Of a stretch of DNA of 64,000 nucleotides, positions 1 through 12,000 are shown piece after piece. A program made the translations under genes and the position numbers. Origin of the DNA: Octopus sinensis (Eukaryota). The DNA is taken from the NCBI RefSeq assembly GCF_006345805.1, contig NC_042997.1:22382001-22446000 (forward strand), read 5' to 3'. The notes under the pieces are model-generated. The model had not been told where the DNA came from, did not search any database, and was given only the letters and a program-made list of their open reading frames with translations. How positions within the stretch are numbered: the first letter of the stretch is position 1; each line of letters starts with the position of its first letter.

Positions 1-664
1 AGGGCATCCAGCCGTAGAAACACTGCCAGATTTGACTGGGCCTGATGAAGCCTTCTGGCTTCACAGACCCCAGTAGAACCGTCCAACCCATGCTAGCATG
101 GAAAACGGATGCTAAACGATGATGATGATGATGATGACAAGCTTCTTTCAGTTTCTGTCTACCAAATCCACTCACAAGGCTTTGGTTGGCCCAAGGCTAT
201 ATAGTAGAAGACACTTGCCCAAAGTGCCATGCAATGGGACTGAACTTGGAACCATGTGGTTGATAAGCAAGCTACTTATCACACTGCCACTCCTACGCCT
301 ATGAAGTGCATAAAGACATTCGGTATTCCTCATACAAGATGAGAAAAGATCAATTTTTGTCCCAAACCAAGGACAAAAGGAAATAGGATTTTGTCTGGCA
401 AAAGGACTCTACACCATGCCACCCATGCAGGAAAGCACAGTAATGGCTGTCAGTCAATTTCTGTGACCCCATCACCCCTAAAATCTGGCCACCTAACTCC
501 CCAGACTGCAACCTCCTTGATTATTATGTGTAGAACATAGTGTTAAAATGAAATGTCAGTGTTATTTTCATTTTTGCATAATTTAGACAACAATATATAT
601 ATATATATATGTATATTTTTTTTTTTTCTTTTTTTCTTTCTTTCCTTCCAACTTCATTTTTAAG

Positions 665-679
665 ACAACAAAGAATTTG
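665..679 (+). CDS. kcc: Candidate 15-nt microexon of the K-Cl cotransporter gene
   Basis: Long polypyrimidine tract, then TAAG|ACAACAAAGAATTTG|GTAAGT. It is 15 nt, so frame-preserving, and has no stop in the phase required by the next exon (xxA CAA CAA AGA ATT TG|T GAT). The upstream exon is outside the window, so it is unconfirmed. Confidence 0.45.
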
Positions 680-2479
680 GTAAGTATTCCTTCCTTAATG
701 GATTGGTAAGTGATTTGGTACCGTTAACCTTTACCTCAACTCCTTATTTATATTTTTCTTTGTTGTTGTTGTTTATTGGTTGTTTTCTTTTTTTTTTTAG
801 TTTGCTGTTTGCTAAAAAAAATAATTGTTTTGATATGTCCCTCGAGTTAACATGTCAAATCAACAAATCTGTCTGTGGTCATTGCTGTCTTAAGTTAACA
901 CCTGAAATAATAACTGCTACATAAATGTTTGATAAATTATGTAACAAGCCATATTGTAATTAATAATCATTAATTGGTACATCTGTTAATAATAATCTAG
1001 GTAAATGAGTTAGAGGAAAGAGACAGACACATATCAATAATTCATAAAAATTAGTAATAGTGTTTCAAAGTGGTTATGTTTTCTGAGGCAAAATGGAGGA
1101 ATTTGGCATACTGCCATAACCATTTCATTCAACTGTTCTTGTACAAGTGCTAATGAGGGAACATTTATACAGTTGCTTAGTCTATTAAAAATAGCAGTCA
1201 AATCCCTATTATTGCCTTCCTAAAAATTCAATAACATTGGATAATGTAGTTCTAGATATGAGAAGATTAAACAAAACAAAAAAAAAAAGACCAAGAGGGA
1301 ATGGTCATGATTGGAATGTCTTTGATCATAAGTGTGCTGAATCAAAGCTGACTCGGGGTTAAGCAACAACCATTTCTGTAAGTATCTAAATTTAAAAATC
1401 CAGCTAAGTATGCCATCTTAGATATATATATCAGGTTATATAGAAAGTTCTGTTCAACTTTTAGCATTTATTTAAAAGTAAAACCATATTTTATACTGCA
1501 AATTTAATCATATCTTTTATCTTTTACTTGTTCCAGTCATTAGACTGAGGCCATGCTGGGGCATCACCTTGAACTTTTAGTCAAATAAGTCAATGCCAGT
1601 ACTTATTTTTTAAGCCTGGTACTTATTCTATCATTCTCTTTTGCTGAACTGCTAAGTTACAGGGACGCAAACACAGATATATATATATACTTACACACAT
1701 ACATACAACAGGCTTCTTTTAGTTTCCATCTATCAAATCCTCTCACAAGGCTTTGGTTGGCCTGAGGCTATGGAAGAAGAGACTTGCCCAAGGTGACTGA
1801 ACCTGGAACCATGTGGTTGCAAAGCAAGCTTTTCACATCACTTCTCTTTATGTTTGTAAGTCTTTGAACGCCTGATTTCAAAAAATTACTTGAGTTTTGA
1901 ATGAAAATATTCATTTGATTAATTTTCTGTTTTCCCTGCTGGCCATACTTTGTCTAATTTGTTTTGCTCCAAATAAGTAGAAGTCTGATGGAGCAAGATC
2001 TGTAGAATATGGAGAGTTTAGCATTTTCCCCATATAACCAATTTCAGAACAATTGTAATAACTTGTGCAGTGTGAGATAAAACATAATCTTGATGAAAGA
2101 GGACCTCTTCTTACAGTTTATTAAGGTGGGATGCTTTCTATCTAAAGCAATTTTTAAACAATGAAATTACTGACACAACATTCAAATCACATTCGGAAAA
2201 TAACTGATTTAGCATATTCTCTTCTCATTACACGTCTACATTATAATAAAACTTTCTCACGTTTAACAACTGTATTTACAATGAATACAAGGCAACTGAG
2301 TTTTATACACCTAGAAAATGATTACAAAATATCTATCATTGGACTGCAAAAATATCTAGTACAGATTCAGGCTTTCAAGGAAACCAACAAATACAAGAGA
2401 GAGAATACAATAACATTAGGACTACAGAATGCTATGATAAAACTGTTTTGAGTAGTGACCATGTTTGAGCTTTTTATTT

Positions 2480-3400
2480 TTTTTGCCAGAGTAAAAATAG
2501 ACAAAGAAAAATCCTAACACTGCTAATTCTTTCCATCCCAAACACTCAATACAAATTTTCTGTAGATGAAGTTCCTCCTCATGGGTGTGGTACAGGTTTT
2601 TTTTATCTGGGTTTAACCACTTTCTGTGGAACTTAATATTGCTGTAAACAAAGGCAGCAAGCTAGTAGAATCATTACCATGCTGGACAAAATGCTTAGCA
2701 GTATTTTGTCCATTTTTATGTTCTGAGTTCAAATTCTGCCAGGATCGATAAAATACGTACCAGTTGAGCACCGAGGTTGATGAATTCAATTTATCCCCTT
2801 CCCTGAAATTGCTGGCCTTGTGCCAAAATTTGAAACCAGTGTTGCTGTAAACAATCCATTTCTCATCTCTAGTCATGATATGGTTTGAAATGGTGCTTAG
2901 ATGTTGCATGTATGGAGCCTTTATTGACAATTTCCTGCTGGAAGAACATAAAGAACCCAATTTCTGTACTTTAAAACTTTCTTAGCTCTTTTAAATGATT
3001 ACGAATGGTTAGAATGCTGATATTAGATTCAGTTAAAAGCTCTTTCACTGTCACAGCAGGATTCCTTGCAAGTGTTGCCTCTAGCATTTCAACATCCAAT
3101 TTTGAAGGCTATCCTGATCTAGGCTCACTAAGCAAATTGAAATTGCCACGTCTGAATTCTTCACTTTCACAAAGTTATTTATGGTTATTACATTTGCATT
3201 AGAACCTCAATGAAACTCATAAAGAATAATGTAACGAATAGGCTCTTTACTTGGTTCCATGATGAGTTCTTCAAACAGAAAATTAATTTACTAAAATATG
3301 GTTGTTGCTCTATGGAAATTCTTCATAAAATGATTTTACATCAATGAATGCCATCAGTATTGGTAATCTTTACAAAAATACAGACTTGTAATCAGACAGA
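2480..3400 (-). mobile_element. Degenerate mariner transposase remnant, interrupted by a SINE
   Basis: Minus-strand peptides FRRGNFNLLSEPRSG*PSKLD...NPAVTVKELL (HTH region), IMTRDEKWIVYSN (first catalytic Asp motif) and RKWLNPD...ELHLQK. Confidence 0.75.
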
Positions 3401-4391
3401 ACTTTCTATACAACCTGATATATTAATACGTAAGACCTCTTGAATTCCTCAGTAGCAATGTAGTAATAACAAAATTTTTATTAAAAATTACAGTCTTAAA
3501 AACGAGGTTGCAGAGGGTGGGACAGGGAGTATTTCTCTTAGCTGTTGACATTTTGGATGCAATATTCCATTGCTTAACTTCCTCAGAAATATTCCTGTCG
3601 TTATCCAACATTTGCATTGGCTCAAATGTCTATCAACAGTTCCTCTCCTGCTTCAGTTCTCAGTGTGTTGGTTGTATTGGGGGGGGGGGGCTTTTTGTTC
3701 TTTTCTCCAACTCAAGTTGGAGATGAATATATACTATGCATGTTTTGATTAGTTTTCACTAATTATTATTCTTATTAAACACTAAGGTTTTTTTTTTAAT
3801 ATTTTGGTTTGTTGAGGTTGTTGATGCCTTCTATTTGCAATGTTTTGTATTTCGATAGAGAAAAACAGAAAATGGGGAAGGAAAATGTTTCTTTTAATTT
3901 ACAAGGCCTTAACACAAAAATAGGAGGGTCCTAGAAAGAATTAAGAAATGTTAATTTTTGGAATATGGTACAACAAAATCAAAAACACCCATTCTTTGTT
4001 GTAACACCAATAAACAATTTCTAACCAAAGGTTAAAGGCCGCTAATTCACAGGGCCAGGTTATGGATTCCAGAGTGAGAAAAAAAAATTAAGCTACCCCT
4101 AGTGAAATTTGAACTTAAAATGTAAAGGAATGTTAATAAAAACTTCATTTCCAATGCTCTAATGAATCTGCAAGGTCAGCAATTTTGAAGGGATGGGGTT
4201 AATTGATGCCATCAACTTCAGTACTTAGCTGGTACTATTTGTTACCAACCCCAGGTGGAATGTAAAGAGCTGGAACATATACCACACTACATTTATTCCA
4301 GCACTCTAACAATTCTGCTACCTTGCCACATTTAATAATAATAATAATATTTTCTACTAAAGGCACAAGGGCTGAAATTTTATGGGAGGGG

Positions 4392-4436
<45 letters not shown>

Positions 4437-4749
4437 TTCAGCTTCGCCTCGTATTGCATATTATTTCTCCATACAGGGTTTTTTTTCAATGGCGGCCCAT
4501 TTTCGCGGGGTTCCACTATTCCCTTCTCTCTCTCCCTCTTTTACGTTGTCTGCCATCCCCCCTCTTCCTTTGCTAAGAGCATTTTTAAGCCAGCCCGTCA
4601 TATTCCCATGTCAGGCCGAAGAACGAAATGTTCCCAAGATAAGAGAGTCTTTCTAATCTAATGTTGTGGTTGAGCTGTTTATTATTTATTATTATTACTA
4701 TTATTATTAGTATTAGTATTGTCCCTTTGATCCTCGGTCGAAAGTTTGC

Positions 4750-4785
<36 letters not shown>

Positions 4786-5224
4786 TATTACTATTTTCAG
4801 CTTCGCCTCGTATTGCATATTATTTCTCCATACAGGGTTTTTTTTCAATGGCGGCCCATTTTCGCGGGGTTCCACTATTCCCTTCTCTCTCTCCCTCTTT
4901 TACGTTGTCTGCCATCCCCCCTCTTCCGTTGCTAAGAGCATTTTTAAGCCAGCCCGTCATATTCCCGGTGCACCCGCCCTTGCCCACCCCCACCACCAAT
5001 ACCGGATATCTCTATATTTTTGCTCCATCTATACCGGATGTCGCTTCTCCCACCACCATTATAGGTGTCTACTCTTCGAACCCCCCTCTTCAATACGCTA
5101 TTTCACCATGCATTACCCCTCTCTTGATATCCTACGTTCTACTTGCCTAGAACCTGTCATCATTTCTCTGAACCACCCCTCCCCACTGGTGCTCCCCTAT
5201 ATTTCTGCACCCCCCCCCCACATA

Positions 5225-5456
5225 AAAAGCACCATCCGAACGTGGCCGATGCCAGACCCCTCTGGCACCTGTGCAGGTGGCACGTAAAAAACACCCACTA
5301 CACTCGCGGAGTGGTTGGCGTTAGGAAGGGCATCCAGCTGTAGAAACACTGCCAGACTAGACTGGAGCCTGGGGCAGCCCCTACCTCCCCAGACCCCGGT
5401 CGAAACCGTCCAACCCGTGCTAGAGCGGAAAACGGACGTTAAACGATGATGATGAT
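5225..5456 (+). mobile_element. SINE family A (RTE-like tail ending in (GAT)n, with internal tandem units)
   Basis: GGCACGTAAAAA.CACCCACTACAC...TTGGCGTTAGGAAGGGCATCCAGCTGTAGAAAC...CGTTAAACGATGATGAT. Other copies at 1-135(+), 6170-6370(-), 39110-39260(-) and 42785-42920(-). Confidence 0.85.
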
Positions 5457-6945
5457 ATATATATATATATATATATATATTTCTTTACTACCCACATGGG
5501 GCTAAACACAGAGGGGACAAACAAGGACAGACAAACGATTAAGTCGATTACATTGACTCCAGTGCATAACTGGTACTTAATTTATCAACGCTGAAAGGAT
5601 GAAAGGCAAAGTTGACCTCGGCGGAATTTGAACTCAAAACGTAACGCAGACGAAATACGGCTACACATTTTGCCCGGCATGCTAACATTTCTGCCAGCTC
5701 GCCACCATAAAATTTTCATCATTATTTAATGTCTACTTTTCCATGCTTGCATGAGTCATACGAAATTTGTTGACAGATTTTCTATGGCTAAATGTCCTTC
5801 CTATCACCAACCCTTATGCAAAATTGTGATGCAGCTAGTAGCATATTAATGAGAGTTAGATGGCATGTTAAAATATGGTCGATCAAAGTAGTTTAACCTT
5901 TATATGTAGAGTCATGAATCGTGCCTCAACTAGTGATAGGAGGTAAGGTAAAGCAGAGAGTTAAATAACAACAAGAGTACTGAAAAATATAAACAGTTGT
6001 CCAAGAGAATGTATCACCATTTAGATTATGGGGTTAATGAGTAAAGACAACATATGCAAAAGGCAGGTTATTGAAATAAAATAACCCAGACCAGAAAAGA
6101 AAAACAATAAAGGTTAAATTGGTAAAAGTAGAATAAAAATGTAAGAATTATGAAATACAAAGGAGACATCATTACCATTTAACATCCGTTTTCCATGCTG
6201 GCATGGGTTGGACAGTTTGACTGAAAACTGGGGAGATGCACCAGGTTCCTATCTGATTTGGCATGGTTCCTACTGTTGGCTGCCCCTTCTAACACCAACC
6301 ACTCTAAGAGTGTAGTGAGTGCTTTTTACATGTCATGCGCATGGGTGCCAGTTATGAAACACTGGCATTGGCCATGACTACAATCTCACTTGGCTTGACA
6401 GGTCTTCTCAAGCACAGTACATTGCCAAAGGTCTTGGTCACTTGTCACTGTTTCCATGAGGCCATAAGTTCAACTGTTGTTATTTTTCAAACTGTGATAT
6501 AAGTTTTATGCCACGAGGGAAAAGAGATGACCAACATATTGGACACTTGTCCTTGTTTGGTGAAAGAAAAAAATATGATTGTCTTATCACTCAGCTGCAA
6601 GATTGTAAACAATTCATTTTGCTGTGACTCTCAATGGTACAACACATCTTTTATTTATTAAATTAATGATGCAGCACAGAATTTTGTCAGTGAATAGGTT
6701 GCGGTCTCAAAGCACCGAAAATATTTTGACAAATTAAATTTAAATGTTGAAGTGTGTTTCTTAAATGGCTTATAAACACCTTCCACGCTGCAATTGTTTT
6801 CGTTCCAGCACACGATCTCAGATCAGGTCACTTGCTATGCAAGTACATCTCCATAATAAATTAATTTTATTTTCTCCTTAATTTGTTTCTATTTTTGATG
6901 TGTTTTTGTTTATTTTTTTGTTTTTTTAAATTTTTTCTGAAATAG

Positions 6946-7079
6946 TGATAAAAAGAATGTACGAAGAATGCACACAGCAGTAAAACTGAATGAAGTAATT
7001 GTTGAGAAATCCCATGAAGCACAGCTTGTCATATTAAACCTACCAACACCTCCCAGGTCTGAATCTGGAGAACAAAACT
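6946..7079 (+). CDS. kcc: K-Cl cotransporter (SLC12A4-7 family), penultimate coding exon
   Basis: Acceptor after a T-rich tract (AATAG|). Translates [44 protein letters not shown], matching the conserved KCC C-terminus ([16 protein letters not shown]...LNxPxPP). 134 nt, ending in phase 1. Confidence 0.95.
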
Positions 7080-7501
7080 GTATCCTTTCTTTAAAACCAC
7101 TTTTATCTTTCTGTCTTTGAAATTTCAATTCATATTCTAAATATATTTCAACTGGGATAACCACAAAACCAGGCTCATTAAGTGCAGCTTAGTGTTTCAA
7201 ATGCAAAAATAGAATTTTTTTTACAACCAGCGATAAAAGACAAAATTGACTTCAGAGGGATTTGAACACAGAACATAGCAGGCCATAACAAATATCACTT
7301 AGTATTTTGTTTGACACTGACTAAATTACCATGCAGTCTATTGGTTGAAATCAGTTAAAGAATAAAAGAACATCATACTTGCAATCCTTCCAACTCTTAT
7401 CTAACAACACCATCCACCTCTCTTTTTTCACTCTGATAGTTTACTTGCACTACATTAACACACAGTAATGAAAATAAGATAATCATAAAATATATCAGAT
7501 G

Positions 7502-7727
7502 ATTCTGTTGTGTCTGGGGAGAGTCATTTTCTTTTTGTGCCTTATAGTGTAACACACTCACCAGTAAAATTTCCACTTATTTCTTAGAGTCAAGACTATT
7601 GAAAAGGTTGCAAGACACAAAGAAAATTTTAGGAAAAAATAAATAAGAAATAAGTGGAAATTTTACCGGTGAGTGTGTTACATTATAAGGCACAAAAAAA
7701 AATGACTCTCTCCAGACACAACAGAAT
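7502..7727. repeat. Fold-back palindromic element with arms of about 84 nt
   Basis: 7502-7585 is a near-perfect reverse complement of 7645-7727. Confidence 0.9.
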
Positions 7728-8454
7728 ATGCTTCAACACACGAACTCATATAAAGAATCTTGCAAACCAAATCCCAAAACGAAATATCAGATGATGAGAA
7801 CTGACAAATTATAATCCTCAAATATACACAGGAGCTGTGACAGCGCTGTGCACTGAGGGACTTTGATGTTATAGACTGTGAAAAAGGAATAGGAGTGTAC
7901 AGTGTGTATGCTTGATAATGTACAATATGACTTTTACCATGATGCAGCAATCTTTATTGCAGTTTACTATTTCTAATCAAATCCTTTGTCAAATACATAC
8001 AAGAAAGAATAGATTACATCCACTCTAGGTGAATTTACACAGTACAACCTATAACAACAACTAAAGCTTTATTGTCTATTGTCTCTCACACTCTTCTGAT
8101 TACTTAGCTGCAAAGACATTATATTCACACTTTAAACATGTTTCTTGAAGTACACCACTGCATAACATTACTTTCTTTTAGTCTCACACACACACACATA
8201 TATATGTGTTTATTCCATTACCACAGATCCAACAAAATATATTCTCTTTCACTTATGAACTTGTCAGCTGCCCCAATTGATTCCATGAGCAAAAGCCATA
8301 GACTTTGTTTGACTAATGGTGGTTATGGATTAAATGTGCTGACACTCAAACGTCTGAGTTTTTCTTCTAAGTGGCCTGCCCATATTTCTATGAAGTTTTC
8401 ATCACACTTGTCACACACATGCACACACACAGACACACACACACACATATATAT

Positions 8455-8700
8455 ATATGGAGGCACGTGGCTTAGTGGTTAGGGTGTCAGCACCATGATC
8501 GTAAGATTGTGGTTTTGATGCCTGCACCAGGCAACGCGTTGTGTTCTTGAGCAAAACACTTAATTTCATGTTGCTCCAGTCCACTCAGTTGGGAAAAATG
8601 AATAACGCTGCAATGGATTGGCATACCATCCAGCTGGGGAACACATATGCCATAGAAACCAGGAAACCGGGCCCATGAGCCTGGTTAGGCTTTAAAAAAG
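8455..8700 (+). mobile_element. tRNA-derived SINE, family D
   Basis: GGCACGTGGCTTAGTGGTTAGGGTGT head, TTGAGCAAAACACTT block; directly followed by a TA microsatellite. Related fragment near 46775-46890. Confidence 0.7.
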
Positions 8701-8705
8701 TGCGC

Positions 8706-8743
<38 letters not shown>

Positions 8744-9015
8744 GTATGGATGTATATATATGTATGTATGTATATGTATATACATATGTATGGATGTATA
8801 TATATGTATGTATGTATATGTATGTATATATATGTATATATATATGTATGTATGTATATATATGTATATATATATGTATGTATGTATATATATGTATATA
8901 TATGTATGTATGTATATATATGTATATATATGTATGTATGTGTATATATGTATGTATGTATATATATGTATATATATATGTATATATATGTATATATATA
9001 TGTATATATATGTAT
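8706..9015. repeat. (TA)n/(TATG)n microsatellite
   Basis: Direct inspection. Confidence 0.95.
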
Positions 9016-12000
9016 ATACTTTGATACTTTGATACTTTGATAGGTTTCGGCCATTATTGGCCCAGGCCATGTCTAACTTAATAGCACCACCTGGTGAAGT
9101 CTTTCAAGTCAGAATTTGGGCACTATGGCCCACTCAAGTAGAGAGTTATTGTTTACAGAGACATATCCGGGTGTAGGGGGTTTATCCGGGATTTCTTGAA
9201 GGAATCTGTCCAAAGACTTCTTGAACCCTATAGGGTCACTTTCTGTTTTAATGTGTTTTGGTGTAATGTTAAAGAGAGCGGGGCCAATTGAGGTGAAATA
9301 ATTGTGCCGTATTGTTGTTATGAGATGAGAGTGCGATTTGTTTTTGGGCGGATGGCACGGGGCCCAAGCCTTGGATGTACCTTAAAGGTGATGCCAACAT
9401 CATTTGGGCAATGCTGATGGAATATTTTCCACATCATGCAGATGATGTAGCGCTCACGACGACGTTGGAGAGAATAGAGTTTTAGCTTTTCTAGTCGACC
9501 CCAATAGTCGAGGCCTGTCATGCCATCTATCTTTTTTGTGATTGCCCTTTGAGGTGCTTCGACTTTTATGATACCTTGTATTGTGTGGGGAGACCACAGT
9601 GGACAACAGTATTCAAGGTGGGGTCGGGCAAAAGTGGAGAAGAGAAGGATAATGGTGTGGATATCTCTCGACTGGAAAGTTCTGAGAATCCAGGAACACA
9701 TTCTGCGGGCCATGTCAACTTTGGTGTTTATATGAGTGCCCAGCTTACGTTGTTGTCCACAATTACTCCCAAGTCTCTGATGTTGTTGGACGCCGCGAGA
9801 GTTTCACCTGAAGGAAGGGAGTATGGGAGTTTCAGGGCATCCTCTTTTCCAAAGTGGATTAGCTCAAATTTATCCTCGTTCAGCAGCATATTGTTTTTTT
9901 TGTTCCCCATGGATAACAGCCAGTAGATCTGACTGAAGGCATGTCCGGTCACTCGCCTCATTTATGACCTTCTGTAGCTTGGAGTCATCTGCAAAGATTT
10001 TTATGTTGCTGTGCTTGATGATGTCATTAATGTCATTAATGTAAATGATGAAAAGAAGTGGGCCCAGCACAGTGCCTTGCGGAACGCCACTACTGACTTT
10101 GGCTGGGCTTGATTTTACCCCTTCAACTACAACATGTTGAGATCTGTCTGTCAGGAAACACTTAATCCATTTCAGTAACTTTCCAGAGACACCAATGTTG
10201 GATAGTTTTTTCAATAGGATCTTGTGATCCACCCTGTCGAAGGCCTTACTGAAATCAAGGTAGATGACATCGGTGTTGGAGCCCTCTCCCAAAGCTCTCA
10301 AAATGTCCTCAAAGTGATGCAGGAGCTGCGTTAGGCAGTCCCTTCCATTACGGAACCCATGTTGGTTGGAGATCAGCCGTCTGTTGCTTTCCAGAAATTG
10401 GGTTATTTGAGATCTCACCACCCTCTCAAATACCTTGATGATATGAGAGGTGAGTGAGATCGGACGGTAATTCACTGCAAGGGACTTGTTTCCCTTTTTG
10501 AAAACTGGGACAACAGACTGGGACAGAAGGTTTTTGGAATATAGCCAGCATCCAGTGAGTTTCTTCACAGATTAGCAAGGGGAGATGCAAGTTGGTGTCA
10601 ACACACCTTCAGGACACAAGCAGGGAACCTATCGGGGCCTACTGCTGAATTGTGTTTTATTTCGTTTATCGCCGCTAAGACATCAGGGGCACTAAACGTT
10701 ATGTCCGACATAGTGGTTGGGGGTTGACATCACTGATACAGCCCAGATCGGCCATATCAGGATTGCTGAAAACAGAGCAGTATTGTTTCTGCAGTATCTC
10801 GGCCATGGATTTGGCATTATCTTGGAGAGTGCCAGTTTCGTCAATTAGAGGGCCTACAGTGGAGACAGTGACCCTGCGTTTCCTCGCAAATGAAAAGAAC
10901 ACTTTGGGGTTGAGTTTGATTTTTTCAATGGCCCACTTCTCCTCAGCTGATCTTTGGTTATTGATGAGGGACTTCATGCATTGTTGGAGGTTATATTTTT
11001 TGGATTCAAGCAGTGCGATAGCCGTCGAATGTGTGTGTTGCTGTTGGCAGTACTTTAGTTTGTTAATTTTTTTGTTTGTTCTTTTTATTTTTCTGATAAT
11101 GGTTTTTCTGTTTTGGGGGATTCTGCACTTTTTGTTCACAGGTCTTGGTGGGGAGTGTTTTGCACATATGTCTGTGACGGTGTCTACAAAGATCTGCCAA
11201 GATGTTTTATAGTTGGTGGAGATGTGTGTATGTGTAAAGGACCAGTCAACATTTGATAGCTCGTTCCTGATTGCATCCCAGTTGGCTTTATGGAGATCCA
11301 TGTTGTCAAATGGGTGGGCTGGAGGAAGGTCACTAGGATTAGCTTTCGGCTGGTGGAATTTCACCATGAACCATGGTCTGGTCAAGAAGGGTTTTTTCCA
11401 CTGTAACGTTATGTATAGTGTTAGGGTGGTTACTAAATACTAGGTCCAAAATGTTCTGATGTCTGTTGGTGCAAGGACAAGTTGGGACAAGAAAAACTCA
11501 TTCGTAAAGTCGAAAAGTGACTCTGCTGCTTCTTTGTCAGCGGTTGAGGCGGGAGTGCTTGGTTTCAAACAGTTTGTAGTCCAGTCAACACAGGTAGATT
11601 GAAGTCTCCCATCATGAGTATGTTGCTAGAATGGCACTGTTGAATAAAGCACTTAATGCTGTTGAGGCATTCTTTAAAGCACAGTATGGGTGTTTGGGGC
11701 GGCCTATAGAGCCCAATCACTGTCAGATCATTGGCTTTGTTGTGCACGGTGACTGATTCACAGTAGCCGTTGGAGAATATACTATTTCCATCTGCCGTAA
11801 ATGAATCATGCAGGAAAATGGCAGTTCCACCCTTCCTCCTGCCGATACGATCCGCGCGGATGGTTGTGAAATTCTTCACTCTCACTTCGGCTTCCAAGTG
11901 GGAGTTGTCAAGGTGGGTCTCAGTGAGAATGAAGAAAGGGATGTGGTGTGAATGGTTACCAACCCAGTCTTCAATGAATTGGACCTTCCATTTTTGTGCA

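Noticed and set aside
691-6882. U12 branch-like motifs TTCCTTAAT (691-699) and TCTCCTTAAT (6873-6882)
   Set aside because: Wrong distance from any acceptor and no matching U12 donor; likely chance.
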